Shown: in pieces, positions 1 to 8,885 of the stretch
Layout: every line of letters starts with the position of its first letter
How positions within the stretch are numbered: the first letter of the stretch is position 1
Source of the DNA: a virus
DNA: 64,000 bases
IMG/VR virus record: IMGVR_UViG_3300025104_000001
Span: 1 to 64,000 of that record
Direction: 5' to 3' (one strand)
Program-made: the position numbers and the translations under genes
Notes under the pieces: model-generated
The model's database searches: none
What the model was told of the DNA's origin: nothing
The model's input: the letters and a program-made list of their open reading frames with translations, nothing else

Positions 1-1
1 A

Positions 2-1060
2 GATGCGCTAGAGGCAAAAGAACCAGACGCTATTCGCCGTTTCCAAAAGGCAATGAAGCTCAAGATGGTTACGGGCAAGGGTTATTTTTGTTTCATCGAC
101 AAGATCAATGCCAAGCGTCCCGAGATGTATAAGCGTCTAGGTTTGTTTGTCAAGGCATCCAATCTTTGCGACGAAATCACCCTGTTTGCTGATGACGAGC
201 ACACGTTCACCTGTGTTCTTTCATCAATGAATGTTGCTAAGTATCCAGAGTGGAAAGATACAGATGCTGTATTCTGGGCAACGGTGTTCTTGGATTGTGT
301 CGCGGCTGAACTCATTGAACGAGGTCAGAACATCCCTGGTCTAGAGAAAGCAATTCGCTTCACCCAAAAGGGACGGGCCTTGGGTCTTGGCCAATGCGGT
401 TTCCATACTCTGTTGCAAGAGAAGATGATTCCGTTTGAAAGTTTTGAAGCCCATATGCTTAGTCAGGAGATTGCAAGACACATTTGGGAAGAATCTGAAA
501 AGGCTTCCCGTGATATGGCAATCGAGTTAGGTGAGCCTGAATGGTGCAAAGGAACAGGTCTTCGCAACACTCATCGTATCGCTGTGGCCCCAACAAAGTC
601 AACAGCCCTCCTAATGGGTGGCGTTTCAGAAGGTATCAATCCTGATCCTGCAATGTCATTCACACAAAACACTGCTGGTGGTGAAGTTGATCGCTTGAAC
701 CCAGTATTGCTAAAGCTAATGAAAGAGAAAGGCGTCTATACCAAGAAGCATGTTCAAGAGATCACTGACAAACAAGGTTCTGTGCAGCATGTGTCTTGGC
801 TAACAGATGAGGAAAAAGCTGTATTCAAGACCGCCTTTGAAATCAACCAAAAGGCTATCATTCGTATGGCGTCAGCTCGCGGTCGCTACATCGACCAATG
901 GCAATCATTGAATCTGTTCTTTGCAGCGGACGAAGACCCTGCTTGGATTGCAGAAGTTCATAGCGAAGCTTTCCGCGACCCCAATATTCTTGGACTATAT
1001 TACATCTACACTCAAGCGGGTGTCCAAGCCTCAAAGGGGGAATGCGAGGCTTGTATGTGA
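2..1060 (+). CDS. nrdA: Class Ia ribonucleotide reductase alpha subunit, 5'-truncated by the window edge
   Basis: Frame is open from position 2; catalytic SNLCDEI (NxCxE), APTKST, IDQWQSLN, GLYY tyrosine pair and C-terminal CEAC redox pair. Confidence 0.95.
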   Translation, partial: DALEAKEPDAIRRFQKAMKLKMVTGKGYFCFIDKINAKRPEMYKRLGLFVKASNLCDEITLFADDEHTFTCVLSSMNVAKYPEWKDTDAVFWATVFLDCVAAELIERGQNIPGLEKAIRFTQKGRALGLGQCGFHTLLQEKMIPFESFEAHMLSQEIARHIWEESEKASRDMAIELGEPEWCKGTGLRNTHRIAVAPTKSTALLMGGVSEGINPDPAMSFTQNTAGGEVDRLNPVLLKLMKEKGVYTKKHVQEITDKQGSVQHVSWLTDEEKAVFKTAFEINQKAIIRMASARGRYIDQWQSLNLFFAADEDPAWIAEVHSEAFRDPNILGLYYIYTQAGVQASKGECEACM

Positions 1061-1096
1061 GTTGGTATAGGTTTTAAAATAAAGGAGTTTGTTAAA

Positions 1097-1348
1097 ATGC
1101 AATTGCTAAAGTTTCAAGCCTCATGGTGTCAACCTTACAAGATGCTTTCTAAGACGATGGAAGGCATCAACCATCCTCTAATTGAAAGCAAACAAGAGAT
1201 TGATATTGACGAGGACATGGGGAAAGCCAAGCAATACCATATTCGGGGTGTCCCTACTTTGATCTTGAATGATGATGAAGGCAAAGAAGTGAAGCGCCAA
1301 TTTGGTTACATGAGTGAGTCCCAAATTCTGAAATTCCTAGAGGGTTGA
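1097..1348 (+). CDS. Thioredoxin-like protein with CxxY variant site
   Basis: F-x-A-x-WCQPY, IRGVPTLI cis-Pro motif; follows nrdA; AAGGAG RBS. Confidence 0.85.
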   Translation: MQLLKFQASWCQPYKMLSKTMEGINHPLIESKQEIDIDEDMGKAKQYHIRGVPTLILNDDEGKEVKRQFGYMSESQILKFLEG

Positions 1349-1350
1349 CT

Positions 1351-1358
1351 GATAAATA
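1351..1358 (+). promoter_or_regulatory. T4-type late promoter variant GATAAATA
   Basis: One mismatch to TATAAATA; the same variant precedes gp22 (8894-8901, minus). Confidence 0.55.
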
Positions 1359-1386
1359 TTCTTAGAACTCTTTAGGAGTATTTCAC

Positions 1387-2457
1387 ATGCTAATATCATT
1401 CGGCGAATTTCTAAACGAGGGTGGCAACGTCAAAATCGGTGACGTGGAAGCCACCCGTATCAATCTCAAGGAAGTAGACCGAAAAGACATCGTAAGGATG
1501 CTTGAAAGGTCTCTTGCCGTTATCAACGCTCACTACAAACGTTTTTCGGGTGAGCCTCTTTGGGTCAAAGAACTATTCAAGTCAAAGAAGTTCCTATCTG
1601 GTTCTTCTTTGCATTTCTTCGACCGTAAGATTCCAGACAAAGTATTCGTTGAAAAGAAACCTACTGTTGGTGACATTGATACTCAAATCAACAAGTCCAT
1701 GGCTGAACAGGTAAAGAAGTGGCTCGATTCATTGCATGGCACCAAGCTAGGGTATCTAACATTCGTTGGCTACAAATCTTCTGCGGGCCAATATATCACT
1801 TTGTGGACGATTGACAAATATAACCTGAACATTCAGATTGACCTAGAGCTGGTTGATTATGAAAACAATATGCCTACTGCATGGAGCTCATTCTCTCATA
1901 GCTCATCTTGGGCAGACATTCAGGCATCAATTAAGGGCGTGTTCCACAAGTACATTCTCCGTGCTTTGACAAGCAAGAACATGAGAGAAATTACTTTGTT
2001 GAAGGGTAAGAAGGAAACGCCTACAAAAATAATGACAGGCGAACATTCATTCTCCGTTGCATTGGGTCTTCGTCGGAAACTCCAACAAACAGAAACTCCT
2101 GGCGTGTATCGTGAGATTGCAACCAAAGACTCAAAATACATTACCGACCTGCAGGAAATCTTCAAGACTCTATTCGGTCATTTGCCCAATGCTTCAGAGC
2201 TGGAGCAATTTGAATCTTATGTAGGCGTTTTGAAACTTATCAAGAAGTATTTTACCCCGTCAGAAATTGATAACGTAATTCTAGGATTCTCTTTGCTTCT
2301 ATGGGGCCAAGGCGCACAAGGCCTAGTTCGTGGAAATCCAGAAGAAGATTTTGAGACAAAAAAGGTAGCCTATGATATGATGTTGAAGGAATTGGGTAGA
2401 AAACAACCCAAGGAAGTAGACGCAATGATTGATTCTTACTACAAAGCTTACAAGTAA
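1387..2457 (+). CDS. Putative Pol-beta-superfamily nucleotidyltransferase with capsid-targeting-like N-terminus
   Basis: LSGSS...VGDID motif plus a third Asp in IQIDL; N-terminus MLISFGEFLNE. Confidence 0.6.
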   Translation: MLISFGEFLNEGGNVKIGDVEATRINLKEVDRKDIVRMLERSLAVINAHYKRFSGEPLWVKELFKSKKFLSGSSLHFFDRKIPDKVFVEKKPTVGDIDTQINKSMAEQVKKWLDSLHGTKLGYLTFVGYKSSAGQYITLWTIDKYNLNIQIDLELVDYENNMPTAWSSFSHSSSWADIQASIKGVFHKYILRALTSKNMREITLLKGKKETPTKIMTGEHSFSVALGLRRKLQQTETPGVYREIATKDSKYITDLQEIFKTLFGHLPNASELEQFESYVGVLKLIKKYFTPSEIDNVILGFSLLLWGQGAQGLVRGNPEEDFETKKVAYDMMLKELGRKQPKEVDAMIDSYYKAYK

Positions 2458-3774
2458 ATGGCATCAACTGGTCTAACCAAATTCAACAAATACTTCAGGG
2501 GTAAAGGCGAGGTTGAAACCTTTGCTAAGGGTGAAAAAGGCAAAGACGTCACCGTCTATGAATCTGTTGATGGCAACAAGAAAGTAGATACCTTGAAAGA
2601 CGGTACGCCCATTACCGTTATTGTGGGAAAGGAGTTTCAGAAGCGTTACTTCATCAAATACAAGGGCGGGATGGGTTACATCAGTGACAATAACACGGGT
2701 AAGCCCATCCCTTCCAAGTCAAAGGTGAATGCAGAGCTTTCACGAATTACCGCAAGCGACTTCATCGGAGGCGGGAAGTCCGTCAAATTCAAGTTCATCG
2801 ACCAAGAAGTCGAATGCATGGAATTCATTTCAAAGGATCAGCTTGCGAATTCCATCATTGATTCGATGAAGAAAGTTCGAGGTGTCAGTGACGAGGTTAG
2901 AGAAACTTTTGAACCTTGGCTAAAGGGCAACTTGGGTGACTTTCATTGGGTTACTGGCGTGGCGCCTGAAGAGAAAAACAAATTCGGCGTATACTTCGGC
3001 GAATTGTTCATCGGACTATTTGCTCTTGCAAACAAGACCGCGAATCATGTTACACCCACTCCGTGGCGTGGTAAGGTCAAACGATTCTTGATGCCAACCG
3101 ACCCTTCATTCTCCGGCGTTGATTCGTTCATCGAGTTGGAAGATGGAGAGATTGTTCCGATCTCAAACAAATTCGGTACAGGTGCTGCTGCTTCATTCTT
3201 CAGCAACCTCCTAATCAAGGGTTTGCAATATCACAAGAAACTCCCCAAGTGTATCTTCAAAGACATTGTAGAGACCGCTTTGGACATTGGTGTAACGATT
3301 CAACACCTTGAGAAGAAACAAAAAGCAAAGCCAATTCTTTATGAGTACGGCATTCGTCATGTATTGGGTTTGAACAAGCAGCAGGTTAGAGACACCTACG
3401 AAGTTTTCACGGCCATCAAAATGAAAAAGAATTTTGATGAGAAAAACCTCGTCATTTCAGCTATTGCCAATCGCCGAGGTGTAGACAAACGTATCGTAGA
3501 TTTGCTTGAAGATTCGGTTACCGCCTTTTTCTGTCGAGAGATTGCCGATATGTTGGAAGGCGACAAGGTTAGCATGGACACTATGAAGGAAATCCTTGCA
3601 GGTAAGAGTTATTGGCAGGCCAACCTTCAGATGAACGATTGGGAGAATGGTAAGGTGAAATTCAAGCTGGTCAATTCAGGTTCAGCCAAGCTACAAATCA
3701 TCGGCTCAAAGGCTGCTATGAATGACGTTGAAGCGAAGCAGGGAATGATCAATTATCGACTAACCGTTGGATGA
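2458..3774 (+). CDS. Hypothetical protein; possible SH3-like N-terminal domain plus PD-(D/E)xK-like nuclease fold
   Basis: 438-aa ORF abutting the previous gene; YFGE...VDSF...ISNK pattern resembles restriction-endonuclease-fold motifs. Confidence 0.45.
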   Translation: MASTGLTKFNKYFRGKGEVETFAKGEKGKDVTVYESVDGNKKVDTLKDGTPITVIVGKEFQKRYFIKYKGGMGYISDNNTGKPIPSKSKVNAELSRITASDFIGGGKSVKFKFIDQEVECMEFISKDQLANSIIDSMKKVRGVSDEVRETFEPWLKGNLGDFHWVTGVAPEEKNKFGVYFGELFIGLFALANKTANHVTPTPWRGKVKRFLMPTDPSFSGVDSFIELEDGEIVPISNKFGTGAAASFFSNLLIKGLQYHKKLPKCIFKDIVETALDIGVTIQHLEKKQKAKPILYEYGIRHVLGLNKQQVRDTYEVFTAIKMKKNFDEKNLVISAIANRRGVDKRIVDLLEDSVTAFFCREIADMLEGDKVSMDTMKEILAGKSYWQANLQMNDWENGKVKFKLVNSGSAKLQIIGSKAAMNDVEAKQGMINYRLTVG

Positions 3775-3886
3775 AGAGCAGAACTGGCCCACCCAGCACA
3801 CTCTTTAAAAATGTTTTAGATGGGCCAAGTCTTAAGAAGAATCATTCTTGGTGGTCATTGTAGCACACGACCACCGAATTCTTATA

Positions 3887-4321
3887 TCATTCGTTCAGCA
3901 GTTTCGGTGAATCAACCTTCTTTGAGCCGTTCACAACCAACTTCTTAGAAAAACCAGAAACGCGCTTTAGTTTTACGGTCAACATACCGTTATCCAAATC
4001 TGCCGATTCTGCTTCTAGGTGTTTGCTAATACGGAAATCCAACTGGAATTTTCTGCGAGCGATGCCATGCTGAATAAAGTCATAATCTGTAGGGCGTTCT
4101 TTTACGGAACCTTTAATGCGAAGATTGTCGTCCGTAAATTCAACATCTAATTCATCTTGGTCGTATCCTGCCACAGCGACTTCAATTATCACTTCATTAC
4201 CATCTTTAGATCGAAGGATGTTGTAAGGAGGAAACGACTGTTTGGAAGGAATGAACACTGCCTGATTTAAAAACTCGTCAAGCGCGCTAAAGGTTTCAAA
4301 AGGTGATTTATATAGAGACAT
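3887..4321 (-). CDS. Small heat-shock protein (Hsp20/IbpA family)
   Basis: FPPYNI, IEVAVAGY, HGIARRKF, A-x-LDNGML motifs; GGAGGAG RBS before the ATG at 4321. Confidence 0.93.
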   Translation of the reverse strand: MSLYKSPFETFSALDEFLNQAVFIPSKQSFPPYNILRSKDGNEVIIEVAVAGYDQDELDVEFTDDNLRIKGSVKERPTDYDFIQHGIARRKFQLDFRISKHLEAESADLDNGMLTVKLKRVSGFSKKLVVNGSKKVDSPKLLNE

Positions 4322-4397
4322 ATCTCCTCCTTTGAGCAAGATAGTTACGATGAAATGGTCATCGCAGCCAATCAGTTCTAAATGAACCTGATACACA

Positions 4398-4434
4398 TAT
4401 TTATACAAGAAATCTCTTTATTCCGGTATAAATA
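4398..4434. promoter_or_regulatory. Back-to-back T4 late promoters (TATAAATA on minus 4398-4405 and on plus 4427-4434)
   Basis: Two exact consensus octamers pointing at hsp20 and at the 4543 gene. Confidence 0.8.
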
Positions 4435-4542
4435 TTCAAAATCTTATAGATTCAACCTAGTAGTTTCCGTTATAATGTCTATAAGAAAGGATGTTGACAT
4501 TAGTCTGGATGTTGGCGCACCAAGAGACTTAGGGGTACAGTA

Positions 4543-5433
4543 ATGGGATTCGAGAAGTATCTACAAGAGGCTGAGATTGCAGCATCAAAACGCAAAGGCA
4601 TAATGCATCTAGAAAAAGCCAAGCCATCGGAGTTCTTAGAGCTCGCCCGTGACATTATGAAATCAGGCAACGGGCAAATGAAAGACGTGAAAATCAGCTT
4701 GAAGGTTGACGGTGCTGGTATTCGTTTCGGCAAAGACTCTCAAGGTCGATTCTTCTTTGAAACATCACGCTCTGGCCCTATTCAACAGAAGAAGGCATTT
4801 ACAGCGCACGCTTCACAAAAGGATGGCGTAGACCTAACCAGAGCCAACCATTATGATGATATGTATGACCACATCGAAGCTTCGAATCTCTGGAAAGATT
4901 TGCCTCCAGATACGAAGGTTGTGGCTGAAATATTGTATAATCCGATGGCAGAGATTCTACAGGATAAGATCAAGTTTGTTTCTGTCGCCTATGACAAGAG
5001 CAAGTTGGGTTCTCTAATGACCATCATCCCGCTTGATGTTGTTGTCTCATCCACGGGCAAGACGCATGATGACAAAGACAAGATCATCGAAGGTCTCTTG
5101 AAGAAATCGAATTCTGAAATCAAGGTCGAAAGTGCGAACCTACAAGGAACAACGCTTAATGTCGAAACAATCCTCAAGCCAATCTTTGCACTTGGTTCAG
5201 ACATTGATAGCGTTCTGGCTTCTCGTAAGGCTAGCGACAAAGCGAAGAAAGAACTCTATCAGATCGTGATTCAAAATGTCAAGGATCAATTGGCTAAATT
5301 CATCTTGAATCACCCTGAGATTGTAGGAAAGGATAAATTCGGCCCAGAGATTGAAGGTTTGGTTCTTGACTTGGGTAATAGACAATTCAAGGTGACGACT
5401 TCAGCATTTAAGGCATCGAAGCAAAAGGTATAA
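4543..5433 (+). CDS. ATP-dependent ligase / covalent nucleotidyltransferase-like protein (DUF6267-like)
   Basis: Motif I KVDG, motif IV EGLVL, motif V FKV; N-terminus MGFEKYLQE. Confidence 0.6.
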   Translation: MGFEKYLQEAEIAASKRKGIMHLEKAKPSEFLELARDIMKSGNGQMKDVKISLKVDGAGIRFGKDSQGRFFFETSRSGPIQQKKAFTAHASQKDGVDLTRANHYDDMYDHIEASNLWKDLPPDTKVVAEILYNPMAEILQDKIKFVSVAYDKSKLGSLMTIIPLDVVVSSTGKTHDDKDKIIEGLLKKSNSEIKVESANLQGTTLNVETILKPIFALGSDIDSVLASRKASDKAKKELYQIVIQNVKDQLAKFILNHPEIVGKDKFGPEIEGLVLDLGNRQFKVTTSAFKASKQKV

Positions 5434-5434
5434 C

Positions 5435-5944
5435 ATGAAAACATTTGTGACGTCCGACTCGCACTTCGGGCACCGAAATATCATTAAGTATTGTAATAGA
5501 CCGTTTAAATCAGTAGAGGAGATGGATTATGCCTTGGAGTCTATTTGGAATAGCTTGGTCGGCCCTGAAGACATTGTTTTTCATCTTGGTGATGTTACAC
5601 TTGCTGGTCCTGATAGGTGCGGCGATCTTCTTAATCGTCTGAACGGTAAAAAGATTCTGATTGCAGGGAATCATGACAGAAAATCAATTCAGAACCTCGG
5701 ATGTTGGAAGAAGGTTTGTGAGAACTTCAATTTCAACTACAAAGGCATAGATGTTCATATGCAACATGTGCCGTGGGTCAAGATGAACCCAGGGCATTTG
5801 TACTTGCACGGCCATTGCCACGGAACATTGGGTACGTGGAACAAAGGTCAAATTGACGTAGGTGTGGATTGTTGGGATTATGCGCCTGTTGAGTTGGAAG
5901 AGCTAATAGAATTCTGGAGAACAATGAAAAATGACAACGATTAA
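5435..5944 (+). CDS. Calcineurin-like metallophosphoesterase
   Basis: DSH, GD, GNHD, HGHCH motifs; DVGVD. Confidence 0.92.
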   Translation: MKTFVTSDSHFGHRNIIKYCNRPFKSVEEMDYALESIWNSLVGPEDIVFHLGDVTLAGPDRCGDLLNRLNGKKILIAGNHDRKSIQNLGCWKKVCENFNFNYKGIDVHMQHVPWVKMNPGHLYLHGHCHGTLGTWNKGQIDVGVDCWDYAPVELEELIEFWRTMKNDND

Positions 5945-5990
5945 AGGAATGGTATATGATTCGTTTGGTTTGCCTGCATTTTGTCTAGAC

Positions 5991-6024
5991 AAAAGGAAAG
6001 CTCCGAAAGGAGCTTTCTCTTTTT
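5991..6024. terminator. Bidirectional intrinsic terminator
   Basis: GAAAGCTCC-GAAA-GGAGCTTTC hairpin with A and T tracts between convergent genes. Confidence 0.85.
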
Positions 6025-6027
6025 GAA

Positions 6028-6456
6028 TCATGTCTTGGTTGATTTAAGTTTCCACGCAAATTTATCCAATTGTGAGATGATTTCTTGAACCATGTTTGAG
6101 GACGTTTCGTCTAGAGAATTCAAAAGCTTAGTAAGATCTTCAGTGGATAACAATTTCAATACCATATCAATGTTTCTATCTTCATCTGATGAGGGTGAAG
6201 GTATTTTAGACCCCTCGATACTAATTAATGCTTTATCGTTGATAGCCATAATTCTTTCTGCTATCACGTCAATTTGCTCATTTGAATAGTCGTAAATCTC
6301 TCCAAAAAGAGCATGAAGTTCTAAGAAGTTCTTTCCCCTAACGTTCCAATGCGCTGATTGCGATGCTCTTCTAATATCCTCTAATTTAGTCAAAATTGAA
6401 GATAGTTTTTTAGACGCATCTCTTTCTTCATTCAAAAACCTTGTAAAGCTTTTCAT
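6028..6456 (-). CDS. dps: Dps/ferritin-like protein
   Basis: HWNVRG-x-NF-x-ELH-x-LF, D-x-IAERI ferroxidase motifs; W-x-L C-terminus. Confidence 0.88.
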   Translation of the reverse strand: MKSFTRFLNEERDASKKLSSILTKLEDIRRASQSAHWNVRGKNFLELHALFGEIYDYSNEQIDVIAERIMAINDKALISIEGSKIPSPSSDEDRNIDMVLKLLSTEDLTKLLNSLDETSSNMVQEIISQLDKFAWKLKSTKT

Positions 6457-6505
6457 TTTCGTCTTCCGTTCTTATCTAAGGGCTTCTCAATATCCATTTC
6501 TAGAC

Positions 6506-6532
6506 AAAAAAGAGCCCTTGCGGGCTCTTTTT
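6506..6532 (-). terminator. Intrinsic terminator after gp23
   Basis: AAAAAAGAGCCC-TTGC-GGGCTCTTTTT hairpin. Confidence 0.9.
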
Positions 6533-6550
6533 GATGAAACAACATGCAAA

Positions 6551-7939
6551 TTACATGATGTTCTTGACTGCAGCGATACGGTAGTAACCGTTCTGACGAG
6601 TCCCACCATTGTAGAATGGGTTTGCGACCTTACCATAACGAGTTTTGAAGGCTAGCTTTGGCTGGAAGCTGGCTTGGTCAACTGCACGGTACATTTGTAG
6701 TGGAACGTATGGGCAGTAGAAGTAACCTGCATCGAATGGGCTGTCGCCTTTGTAGCCAACCATGAAGAAGTTAGCTTGTGCATAAGGATCAACATACACC
6801 TTCATACGGCCACCGATGGTACCAACGAAAGTTGACTGGGTCCAATCGGAAGTAACGTTCACTTCTAGAGCGCTTGTTGAAAGGATGTTTGCCATCGCTA
6901 GAGCGGATGCCACGTCTGCGGAAACCACTAGGATGTTGCCTTTACCACGACGAGTGTCAGTGGCGATCTTGTTTGCATCGCGCTCGATCTGGAAGTGTAG
7001 GCCCTTGAAACGTTCTGCTGACCAACGACCATCTGCATCGGCTTGTAGGTCGAACACACCAGGCATTGTGGTATCTTCAACTGCACCTAGCTTAGCCTGA
7101 GCATATAGGGTACGTAGGAATTCCCGGTTGATTTCTGCAAGGATCTCGTTGCTTAGAACGTTTGCCAATTCAGTTTCTGCATCAAGACCATGAACTGCTT
7201 GCATGTCTTGTGCCAATTCAACTGAATACTCAGCCTTCAATGCACGAGTCACTGCAGTAACGCTGATCTTTTCGATTGACACTGCCATTTGAGCAGAAAT
7301 GTCACCTTCGCCTGTTGCAACATCGACGCCGCCGCCGGTGTTTGCCGCGAACGCGAGGTTCACTGCAGTAGCGGTAGCAGTAGCGTTTGCGCTTAGTTCA
7401 AAGGTTGTACCGTTGGTGATAGATGCCACTGTTGCGCCATCTGGAACACCCGCACCGTAAACCAACATACCAACACGTAGGTCGGAAGTGTCAGCCACGG
7501 TAACCGTTGCATCGCCAGCGGTTGTAGCAGCAGCCTTAACGCCTGCAAACATACCTTCGCTGTGAGTGCCTTGACCTGAGAAGTTGGTCAATGCTTCATT
7601 GAACAGTGCTTCTGGGCCTGATTGGTTGTTGTAACGGCTACGTAGAGCGAACACCAAACCAGTAGGCATTGACATTGGCTGAACACCGGCAATGTCGAAA
7701 GCGATCATTGATGGCATTGCACGGCGTACTAGACCGATTAGGACTGGATCCCACTTTGACACACCGCCGGTCACGTTGGTTGGGGTTGCCTCATGTAGGT
7801 GCTTGTTGTTCTCTTGGTTCTCTAGTAGAACAGCAGTGACGGCTTTACGATAAGGATCGCTAATTGGTGCTAGGTCAGCATGTTCCAACACTGGTGCCCA
7901 CTTTTTCACTAGAGCATCTTCTTGAAGAAAATTTTCCAT
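6551..7939 (-). CDS. gp23: Major capsid protein (T4 gp23) with an inserted beta-rich domain
   Basis: KWAPVLE, LLENQE, GVQPM, RALKAEYSVELAQD, YCPYVPL, FKTRYG motifs. Confidence 0.98.
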   Translation of the reverse strand: MENFLQEDALVKKWAPVLEHADLAPISDPYRKAVTAVLLENQENNKHLHEATPTNVTGGVSKWDPVLIGLVRRAMPSMIAFDIAGVQPMSMPTGLVFALRSRYNNQSGPEALFNEALTNFSGQGTHSEGMFAGVKAAATTAGDATVTVADTSDLRVGMLVYGAGVPDGATVASITNGTTFELSANATATATAVNLAFAANTGGGVDVATGEGDISAQMAVSIEKISVTAVTRALKAEYSVELAQDMQAVHGLDAETELANVLSNEILAEINREFLRTLYAQAKLGAVEDTTMPGVFDLQADADGRWSAERFKGLHFQIERDANKIATDTRRGKGNILVVSADVASALAMANILSTSALEVNVTSDWTQSTFVGTIGGRMKVYVDPYAQANFFMVGYKGDSPFDAGYFYCPYVPLQMYRAVDQASFQPKLAFKTRYGKVANPFYNGGTRQNGYYRIAAVKNIM

Positions 7940-7975
7940 TTTTACCTTCCTATGTTAAAAAAATGAATTCTATGT

Positions 7976-7983
7976 TATTTATA
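7976..7983 (-). promoter_or_regulatory. Late promoter TATAAATA for gp23
   Basis: Exact consensus about 37 nt upstream of the start. Confidence 0.88.
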
Positions 7984-7990
7984 GTTTCAA

Positions 7991-8854
7991 TTATTTCTTA
8001 ACAGATTTTGAAATCATGCTTGCATATGCTTGGATGCTTGCAGGAATTTCTTGTTTCTGTTCAGAGATAATCTCTTCTTTCTGTTCTTCTGAAACAGACG
8101 CATCATTCTTGAAGTATGCCTCCTTAATTAGGGTGACACCTTTCTCGAATTCCTCGGCGGTTTCAAATTTCTTTGATTCAACAAGACCCTTTAGTTTTTC
8201 AACGTCAAGTTCCGTCATGCCTTCAGTAATCTTCTTGAATGCCAATTGGCGTCGAGCTTGGTCTAGCTCTTCGCTAATTACCACATTCTTCCTTGCAAGT
8301 GCTTTGACGTCCTCTTCCAAAGCTGCAACCTTTTCCATTAGTTCGTCAACCATAGAGGTTTGTTCTTCTGGAATGTTGAAATTGTGCTCAAGGAATAGGT
8401 CACGCAAACCACCGATGAAACTTTCCATAATGTCAAGTTTCACTTGTTGTTTCAAAGCAACTTCATTCTTGGAAGCCCATTCTTCAACAACATAGCTCAA
8501 GTAAGCATCAGCTTCTTCCTTCAACTCGGCTTCTTTGGCGTCGATTGCAGACTTCATTTCTTCTTCAAGTTTTGCCTTGATTTCAGAAACTCTCTTATCT
8601 GTTTCGTAGCCTACAGCAGCCTCGAATAGAATCTTTAGCTTGTCCTGTGCCTCCTCTGAAAGTTGAGTGCCTTCAAACATAGCAACCAAGTGCTGTTGAT
8701 AGCCTTCTTCTTTCAACTCTTTTTCTTCTTCATCGTCTTCATCGTCTTCGTCATCTTCCATATCTTCAGTATCGGAAGTTTTTGCTTCCTCTTCAGATAG
8801 GAGTTCCTTCAACGCTTGAAGTCTTTTTTGCTTTTCGTCTTCAGATAGTTGCAT
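7991..8854 (-). CDS. gp22: Prohead core scaffolding protein (gp22)
   Basis: Acidic coiled coil, LSEE...FEAAV, YLSYVVEEW...N, ESFI-x-GL motifs; lies between gp21 and gp23. Confidence 0.92.
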   Translation of the reverse strand: MQLSEDEKQKRLQALKELLSEEEAKTSDTEDMEDDEDDEDDEEEKELKEEGYQQHLVAMFEGTQLSEEAQDKLKILFEAAVGYETDKRVSEIKAKLEEEMKSAIDAKEAELKEEADAYLSYVVEEWASKNEVALKQQVKLDIMESFIGGLRDLFLEHNFNIPEEQTSMVDELMEKVAALEEDVKALARKNVVISEELDQARRQLAFKKITEGMTELDVEKLKGLVESKKFETAEEFEKGVTLIKEAYFKNDASVSEEQKEEIISEQKQEIPASIQAYASMISKSVKK

Positions 8855-8885
8855 TTGGTGTATCCTCAAAAGTTAGAAATTCCGT

